A stretch of DNA of 43,235 nucleotides. Origin: Octopus bimaculoides. Its lineage: Eukaryota. The notes under the pieces were generated by a model. It searched no databases, was not told where the DNA came from, and saw only the letters and a list, made by a program, of their open reading frames with translations. Both the position numbers and the translations under genes were made by a program. The stretch lies in the NCBI RefSeq assembly GCF_001194135.2, contig NC_068997.1, positions 36,616-79,850 on the forward strand, given 5' to 3'. Shown here piece by piece: positions 35,847-43,235 of this stretch. The first letter of the stretch is position 1. Every line of letters starts with the position of its first letter.

Positions 35847-35921
35847 CCTGATTAGTCTCTTTATTTTCTTCTTTGTTTGAATTGATTATTAAAGCATCAT
35901 CTTCATCAGAACTGCTTTGCC
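35847..35921 (-). CDS. SPG11: Spatacsin exon (acidic, 75 nt), GQSSSDEDDALIINSNKEENKETNQ
   Basis: Acceptor gcattttag, donor GTAAGA, phase 1 to 1, open frame. No recognisable human counterpart, so support is from splice signals and phase. Confidence 0.7.
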
Positions 35922-36508
35922 CTAAAATGCATAGAAATTATATAACTATAATTGTGGAATAAATATATCATAAGCTCAAAATAAAGACAGACATTCCAAA
36001 TACTTAATTAAAATATTATTCGCATGTGAAATGAGCACAGTTACAATATTTTATAGCTAAAATGGCAGAGAAAAACAATAAAAAAAAACATTAAGGGGAA
36101 TAAACCTTTACAAAAAGACACTAGGGACAATTAAAAAAGTTAATAAATATCTGTTTAAATATTGATTTATCTGGATTTAAAATGTATTAATTTGTCTATA
36201 GATAAACCCTCAAGATGGTAGAATTGGTCTTAATATATTGGTGGTACTTTTTGCAGATAAATCTTCTGATGTTTGAAGAACAACACTGATGCCAATAGGA
36301 TTTAAGCTTAAAACCTTGCAGAATGAAACAAAAATCTGGCACATCATTTAGTGTACTATTTTGGTCATCTTCATTACACACAGGGTCTTAAAATATTGGC
36401 ATCATTTCAAATATTGAAAAGTTTCAGGTGAGTAAAATTTACAGATTTACCCAACTCGGCATATAGAAATTACATTGATAAAGTTAATAAATAGAGGCAT
36501 TGACTAAC

Positions 36509-36695
36509 CTGTGTCAGAAGCTACTCCTATTTTGCTATAAAAACCATAACGAAATGCTTTAGTAGCAGGTTTTTTTATTTCCAAGTCAGTTTTGGTAGTT
36601 GTCTCTTCAGTCTCCGTGAAAAGATTGTTTTGAGCATTATTTACAATGTAGAATATGTGATCTCGAAGATGAGGACTAGGAAACCATGGTACTAA
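36509..36695 (-). CDS. SPG11: Spatacsin exon, LVPWFPSPHLRDHIFYIVNNAQNNLFTETEE...FYSKIGVASDT
   Basis: Acceptor cttttacag, donor GTTAGT, phase 0 to 1, stop-free by manual translation. PHLRDHI resembles human PVIQDHL. Confidence 0.85.
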
Positions 36696-36738
36696 CTGTA
36701 AAAGCTGAAAGGAATGAAATGATAATATTTAGCTCAGT

Positions 36739-36870
36739 TAAGGTAGTGAGCTGGCAGAATCGTTATCACGAAGGACAAAATGCTTAGCAGTATTCCTTCC
36801 ATCTTTACGTTCCGAGTTCAAATGCTGCTGGGGCCAACTTTGTCTTTCTTCCTTTTGAGGTCGACAAAAG
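36739..36870 (+). mobile_element. tRNA-derived SINE family A, 3'-truncated
   Basis: gagctggcagaatcgtta...ccgagttcaaat; homologous to 2466. Confidence 0.75.
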
Positions 36871-37389
36871 AAGATGACAAAGCGATATACTGATGAGAAA
36901 TGTGAGGCAGGAATAAAAGAAAAAAAGACCTTATCCATTGTGCAAGTATGGTGAAACAAATGTTGAAATGGTAGCAATGATGGTGACTAGGAGATGCATG
37001 TATCAACAGTTAGATTTCTTACTTAATACGTTTCCAGAAGTTTTCATCTACCTCCTCCTCTTCCCATCCTTTTGATACCCTCAGATCTCTCTCATTCATC
37101 TCTGTCACTCAAGCTTTCTTCACTTACTGTCTATCCCATGCATTATATGATGCTTTCCATGTAATTAAGTAACCAAGTGGATCTCTGCAAAGAACTATTC
37201 CATGATAGCCATTTGGTGTTCAGAGATGGCACTGCATTCATCCAACCCACTTGTCTCACTCTACACATTCTCTCTCTTCTGTTCATTGCACCATGCATTT
37301 GTGGAAGAAGAGATAGCACTAGACACATCCATATTCTTATTTCTTTACTGCCCACAAGAGGCTACACACAGAAGGGACAAACAAACGGA

Positions 37390-37548
37390 TTAAGTTGATT
37401 ACATCGACCCTAGTATGTAACTGGTACTTATTAAATCGACCGCAAAAGGATGAAAGGCAAAGTCGACCTCGGCGGAATTTGAACTCAGAACGTAGCGGCA
37501 CACGAAATACCTCTAAGCATTAACATTTCTGCCAGCTCGCCACCTTAG
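37390..37548 (-). mobile_element. tRNA-derived SINE family A
   Basis: Reverse complement taaggtggcgagctggcagaa...ctgagttcaaattccgccgaggtcgactttgcctttcatcc. Confidence 0.8.
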
Positions 37549-38314
37549 ACATTCCCATATTCTGTCACCAGACATATGCTACCTCAACACATTCCAATCA
37601 AGCTGTCTATGTACAAGAGTTAGTATCATATTTGTTTATTATTCCTTACCAATGTTGTGACTTTCATTCATTACTACCTCTAATATCGACATTCTTTACT
37701 CACTCCCTCCTCTACCACCTTTGCATTCTAATCACTTAGCTTCTCCATTCACACTTTTACTCACCTCTGGTCATACAACCCTATCATAGATGGTATATAG
37801 CTTTGCCATGTACAAGGCAACTTTACTGATGCTAGTGCCATCATAAAATGTATCCTGTACATACTGTAAAGTAGTTGACAAATGAGCAGGGACAATACAG
37901 AGACAAGAGAACTGTTTAGTCTTGTCAAGGATATGACAATCTTTCTAATGCTGGTGTTATGATATAATGCATTCATTATACTCTGTAAACTGGTTGATGT
38001 TAGGATGGGCATCCACCAACAGAATGAGATGTTCTCTAATCTGACTTATCCAACTCATTTTAGAATGGGAAACAGATTATATAGAAGAAACTGCTGGTGG
38101 AAATGGTTTTTCTGTTTTTTTTTAATAATAATAATGATGATCATATAAATAAATGATATGTCACAAGTATTGAGAACATACTTGGTGAGCAAACTATAAC
38201 CTACCATGTAAATGACTTCTTTTTTTTTACATAAATTTATTTGATTTCGTAAATGAACCATGTGCTGAGTTTATTTTAATGACCAATCAATTGCTAAGGA
38301 ATTTATCGCCTTAA

Positions 38315-38529
38315 CCCTTTTGTTACCGCGTTCATTTTGAGATGCAATGTGCTTCTGTCAATTAATTTTAAATATAACAAAGAATTTAGTAAAATAACTT
38401 AGTTATCATTAAGCTAGCGTTAGGAACATAAATTGTGACTGATGGAAGATCTTCATTCAAAACTTATGAAAACAAGACATTTGTACTATAGAGCCAGAGG
38501 CAGTTTCAGCCAGGTTGGTATCGAAAGGG
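38315..38529. mobile_element. piggyBac-type MITE, 215 bp
   Basis: TTAA at 38311-14 and 38530-33. Termini CCCTTTTGTTACC and GGTATCGAAAGGG (11/13 inverted match). Confidence 0.75.
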
Positions 38530-38741
38530 TTAATAATAATCCTTTCTACTAAAGGTACAGGGCTTGAAATTTTGGGAAGGCTACTAGTTGATTACATCGA
38601 AACCAGTACACAACTGGTACATATTTTATCAACCATGAAAGGATGATAATGTATAAATGAAAGATATCAAATTGTAGGTTTCTCCTAAAACTGACATTAT
38701 AGCCAAAAGAATTATGAAAAAAAATAAAAACAAATGTTTAC

Positions 38742-38901
38742 CTGATCTTTGGGATATTGATGCAACTGTGCAAACCAAAGGAAAGGTAACCAATTATTGG
38801 TTTTGGCACAATTCTCTAGAAATCTAGTCGAGTAAGGCAGATGAAGATGATAACACAATAGAATCGATTGCGTCCATAAATGACCTGCTTCAAAACCAAA
38901 A
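38742..38901 (-). CDS. SPG11: Spatacsin exon, FGFEAGHLWTQSILLCYHLHLPYSTRFLENCAKTNNWLPFLWFAQLHQYPKDQ
   Basis: Acceptor tattttcag, donor GTAAAC, phase 2 to 0. Matches human SISYLRECAKANDWLQFIIHSQLHNYHPAEV motif. Confidence 0.93.
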
Positions 38902-38991
38902 CTGAAAATAGATAAACAAAATATCAGAGACAAATTCTTGAATAAATAGTTACTTTTAAGAAAGTAAACTGGTTACTATGATAAAACTTAC

Positions 38992-39100
38992 GGTGAAACT
39001 TCTTCCTTTTCAATATCATACTCAGTAGCATCTTCTAAAGTATTGAGCAGCTCTGAGGCTGAATTTCGTTTTCGTTTAAGGCAGCCCATTAACAACTGAC
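38992..39100 (-). CDS. SPG11: Spatacsin exon, GQLLMGCLKRKRNSASELLNTLEDATEYDIEKEEVSP
   Basis: Acceptor gtgattag, donor GTAAGT, phase 1 to 2, fits both neighbours. Resembles human TTEELLVLLEEGT region. Confidence 0.85.
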
Positions 39101-39704
39101 CTAATCACAAAACACAATGGGAAAAAGTGTATCAAATTACAGCAACAGACAGAAAATATAGCTTAAGTTGGAGACAATATCCTCATTAAGTACAAATGGT
39201 ACAAGAAATAACTGAGAGAGAGAACTTGTGCTTTACATTATTTAAGTACGTTTAAACAAAAGATGAAACTTTTCAGAAGCAAATGCCAAAATAGAATTAA
39301 TAACTATTATCTTGCTAGTTCAAATTGATCATGTAGAGTAACTTGCTTGAATATTAACTTTTGTTTCAGCTGACAATGAACAGATGTCTTTAAACTTACA
39401 TCTAAAGGGTTTACACTTTGACCGAAGTATACAATGTAAGTAATGTGATGCACATGTACATCATGCTAAAGTCATATTGTAGGGAGCCAAGACAGTCTAA
39501 TTAAAATAGAATATGAACACAGTGCCATGCTTTTGATAATTATTTTAATTCTATGTAGTTTGTAAGAAGATAGATATTCTCTCAGCCTCGCTACTCTTGA
39601 CCCAGCTTGATTCGTTGGATCCTATCAAAATGTCCAAGCCATGCTAACACAGAAGACAGATGTTAACTGATGATATTGATATATACACATATACACACAT
39701 ACCT

Positions 39705-39966
39705 ATGTGCCGGTGGCACATAAAAAGCACTATCCAAATGTGGTCAATGCCAGCCCCCTCGCCCCGTCTGGCTCCTGTGCCGGTGGCACGTAAAAAGCAC
39801 CCTCTACACTCCCGGAGTGGTCGGAATTAGGAAGGGCACCCAGCTGTAGAAACATTGCCAGATCAGATTGAAGCCTTGTGTGGCCTCCTGGCTTGCCAGT
39901 CCCTAGACAAACCGTCCAACCCAAGCCAGCATGGAAATGGATGTTAAATGATGATGATGATGATGA
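39705..39966 (+). mobile_element. RTE LINE 3' end (two hairpin units plus terminal segment)
   Basis: gtgccggtggcac units, aggaagggcacccagctgtagaaac, (GAT)n. Confidence 0.85.
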
Positions 39967-40499
39967 CATACATACACACCTGTAATGTACTATTTTACAA
40001 TACATATAACCTTCTGTAATGCATAAGGCTTTAAAGAAACCTCTACAGGGTCACTGAATATGGTAGAAGTAGCAGTCAAATCTCATTCAAACTAGCCTTA
40101 GTGTCTAATAAAAAGCCACACTATGGGATGAAGTGGTGAAGACAGATCTTAGGTTGCGTAATCTCATGAAAATAACAAAGGACCGTACTGACAGCCAATT
40201 TGCTGTATGTAAGGAAATCCACCTGCCTATTCATACCAGGTAAGTGTGTGTGTCTGTGTGTGAAGTGAAGCCCAGGTAATTGGTTTCTATCATAGTCTCT
40301 CTTCCATCTAATAACTCTCTCTTTTGTCTTCCACATCCTCCCCTACTACTTGTCTCCGTCTCTGTTATCACATATCCTTTTATCACTCTTCTCTCATCCA
40401 TACGACTGTCACACATATTTTATAGCTTCACCCCCCTCTATTTTTTCTCCCATCTCTCAATTCTTTTCTCAATCTCATTTTTCTATGCCAGATCTCTTC

Positions 40500-40996
40500 T
40501 GTCTACCATACAGTGCAGCCAAAGATGTAACTGCACTTATCCAAAATCGAAATCAAACGAAATTTGACTGGCACCCATGCTAACCTTCCTTCACTGGACA
40601 CCAAATTATGCTTGCGAATACCTGTTGGGGCAAGTGAAATTGAAATTGAACCAAATTCAATGACTGGCACCAGTACTAGTGAAGCACTAACAGCACCATT
40701 CGAGCGGGATCACTGCCAGAGCATGTCTGATTCCGTGCTGGTAGCATGAAAAAAGCACCATTTGAGTGTGATCGTTACTAGTGTCACCTTACTGGCACTC
40801 ATGCCGGTGGCACGTAAAAGCACCCACTACACTCTCGGAGTGGTTGGCGTTAGGAAGGGCATCCAGCCGTAGAAACTCTGCCAGATCAGATTGGAGCCTA
40901 GTGCAGCCATCTGGTTCGCCAGTCCTCAGTCAATCATCCAACCCATGCTAGCATGGAAAACGGATGTTAAACGATGATGATGATGATGGTGATGAT
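40500..40996 (+). mobile_element. RTE LINE 3' end, preceded by a CT-rich tract (about 40290-40500)
   Basis: Homologous to 5230-5769 with fewer hairpin units; (GAT)n tail. Confidence 0.85.
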
Positions 40997-41012
40997 ACAC
41001 ATACATATAAAT

Positions 41013-41035
41013 ACACACACACACACACACACACA
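41013..41035 (+). repeat. (AC)n microsatellite
   Basis: Direct inspection. Confidence 0.95.
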
Positions 41036-41185
41036 TAATTGTGCTTTACTACAGAGGTACCAGTATACTGTTGAAAGAACTCCATATATACTTATACTTC
41101 ACAGAACTAGTAATCCCAAGTGGCTAGAATGTGTGAAGATAGCTCTTGTGCACTTGCCATTCATTTATACATGTATTATATATAC

Positions 41186-41421
41186 CTGTTTCTTGCTCAA
41201 ATTGCTGGTTATAATCCTTTCTCCATTGAACAGAGCCTCCCCAAGATTTCAGCTTGTTCATTCTATAAGCGACAATCTTATTACCAATGTTCACCAACAA
41301 ACGAAGCAAAATGCTATCAACTCCAAGCATTTCTACAAAAGCTGCACATGATGCGGACACTTGGCTTTGACTGAAATACTTAACAGCCAGTTTGGTGGCA
41401 ATCTGACAAGCATATTGCACT
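41186..41421 (-). CDS. SPG11: Spatacsin exon (first in window), VQYACQIATKLAVKYFSQSQVSASCAAFVEMLGVDSILLRLLVNIGNKIVAY...EQET
   Basis: Acceptor ctactttag, donor GTATAT, phase 2 to 1. Resembles human spatacsin IGAACVCFLELLGLDSLKLRVDMKVANIILSY (recalled). Confidence 0.9.
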
Positions 41422-41507
41422 CTAAAGTAGAAAATAAAAAGTAATAAATTAGAAAATTACTATTTTTAAATCTCACAACAAGAGATATTCAGCAACAATA
41501 CTTTGCA

Positions 41508-41713
41508 GTAAAGATTGTTTGCCAACATAACATGGCAGTCCAGGTTTAGGACTAATGTTGCTGTAATTTAGCCCCAGGAGACATTGTCTCCAGCTGGCTA
41601 TAAGATATAAGGACACAGATCGTGTTGTACAGCCAGTTAGAGACGATGTCTCCTGGGGCTAAATTACAGCAACATTAGTCCTAAACCATGTTATGTTGGC
41701 AAACAATCTTTAC
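41508..41713. mobile_element. Palindromic fold-back MITE (TA termini)
   Basis: Arms of about 85-95 nt are almost perfect reverse complements, apart from a 9-nt insertion in the left arm and a few mismatches near the loop. Confidence 0.8.
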
Positions 41714-42894
41714 AACAAAAAATAATAATATTAATGATAATAATAAATAATAAAACATAGCATTCATAAATATAAAAAGAGTTAAGGGAGTATTCAAAAC
41801 TGATCATAGTAAATTAGACGGATGCCTGATAAACTACTGGAGTATCAGTGAAAAGCTTCATCAGCATGTGGTGTAGACAAGTCAGGTTGGTAAAACCCAC
41901 CTAAGTTTTGCCATGGAAGTACCTGGGTTCACTAGCTCAATCTATTGAAACAAACCTGTACCCTAAATATCTGCAATGTTTCATTATTGGAGCTAATTCT
42001 ACTGTCTTCAGAGATAAAAAGCAAAGTTAACCTCAAGTAGAATTTTTTAATTCAGAAATGTAAAACACCAAAATGAAAAAGACTCAGACTCTCCTCTCTA
42101 CCGTGCACATCTACTATTGTGGTAGATTAATGCAGTCATAATAAAACTTGTAAAATTTAATAAGTTTGTCTTCTGTGAGGAACTATGAAGTCTAACATTT
42201 TGAGTAAGATATTTTATTAGAGAAAAAGAATGTGAAATGGATGCTTGTGAAAAATACTGAAGAGTAAGAAATAAAAAAAGAATTAGAGATGAATTAACCA
42301 GGCAGAAGAGTTGATAGTAAGAAACAATAACAAAGTGATAAAAAGAAAGAAGAGAGAAGAATGAGGCAAAGGATAACGGTTAGAGAAATTGCTGTATATG
42401 AACATTCAGGCAAAACAATAGTTACAATGTGTATGTAGGCAGTCACACATGAACACATGCCCAAGCATGGAGAGAGTAAAGGATTAAAATGATTAAGATA
42501 CAGAATATTAAGTATACATTGAAAAATAAGCGCATATTCCCCAAAAGTATATGTGCAAATATTGCACACACACACATTACACGAATATGAGTGAAGGGAG
42601 GAAATAGTTTGAGAGAGGACATTTCACAAACAGATACATTTATGTTCAACTGCATTCACTCAGTGTTTCAAAAAATATCAAGTTACCTGAAGCCCTGAGA
42701 TTAGAAAAGAAATAAAAATTATAAAGGAAAAGTATCTGTTGCTGTTTAGATGCAAGTCAGCTCTGATTGAGAATACCTAAGATGAAAAATTTTCCAATTG
42801 CGACCATCCTGTCTTTGCAAAATGAACATCAGACTACATTATCCAAAGTGTCTTTTTCCTAAGACGGTTCAGTATGATTTGAAAGGAATCTAGC

Positions 42895-43235
42895 TGTTGT
42901 ATTTCCCTCGGGAGACTCGCAGAGATAACACAACGAGTTGTACAATTTAATTATTACATTTATTATTCAATTACATACAAAGAACGCACTCACCCAAAGT
43001 TCGTTATGAATAAACAAGAATCATGTCCGCCATATCTATCAATGACATTTTACTACGACAGTCACACAAGACAACAACAATGAAACAATGAACTCAGACG
43101 AACCAAGGTGACACACGGAACGTCAGACGAATAACATATCTAACAGTCCATATAACACCTCCCCACTGAAATTGATGCTACACAAGAAGTATCAACAGCA
43201 AAGTCTCTCTTGGGTTTTACGGGTTCTCTTGGATC
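42895..43235 (-). mobile_element. 3' end of a Ty3/Gypsy LTR retrotransposon: ORF tail, PPT and 263-bp 3' LTR
   Basis: Minus strand: basic ORF tail SKRTRKTQERLCC*, PPT AGTGGGGAGG (43158-67), then LTR TGTTAT(43157)...AATAAA...TACAACA(42895). Confidence 0.8.

Noticed and set aside
36196-36386. Minus-strand open frame DPVCNEDDQNSTLNDVPDF... in phase with the preceding SPG11 exon.
   Set aside because: Weak acceptor and donor (GTTTTA), no spatacsin similarity, and the gene model is complete without it.
41840-41900. Minus frame FYQPDLSTPHA resembling human FSSPDLVNKYA.
   Set aside because: A stop follows within six codons and the expected YLHNGRP motif is absent; the true upstream exon is probably beyond the window.
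1-43235. Most short ORFs in the supplied track.
   Set aside because: They are antisense or off-frame reads of repeats and microsatellites, span N gaps, or are intron read-through extensions of real SPG11 exons.

Overview
Eukaryotic, AT-rich, repeat-dense genomic DNA, most likely an octopus or other coleoid cephalopod (inferred from the repeat types: (GAT)n-tailed RTE LINE ends and tRNA-headed SINEs; not proven). The window lies entirely inside one large minus-strand gene, spatacsin (SPG11). I traced 19 consecutive GT-AG exons (41421 down to 964; 2885 nt, about 961 codons). They join in frame with consistent phases and match, from memory, the central-to-C-terminal part of human spatacsin; the gene start and end lie outside the window. 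The introns hold: several RTE-clade LINE fragments (two with a PHD-type finger just C-terminal to the RT core), many 5'-truncated RTE 3' ends, at least three tRNA-SINE families, a decayed Charlie/Buster hAT transposase, an internally deleted mariner, three MITEs, Ty3/Gypsy LTR sequence at both window edges, microsatellites and three N gaps. Most interesting: (i) a minimal type-I hammerhead-ribozyme-like fold of the Penelope type at 17033-17128, with a more degenerate outward-facing relative at 16221-16270; (ii) long intronic inverted repeats close to SPG11 exons (candidate ADAR substrates), one pair bracketing a four-exon, 558-nt, phase-0/phase-0 block (circRNA or in-frame skipping candidate); (iii) RTE copies with interchangeable 3' UTR middles, one an array of about 67-nt double-hairpin units. 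All protein and repeat assignments are by eye; no searches were run.
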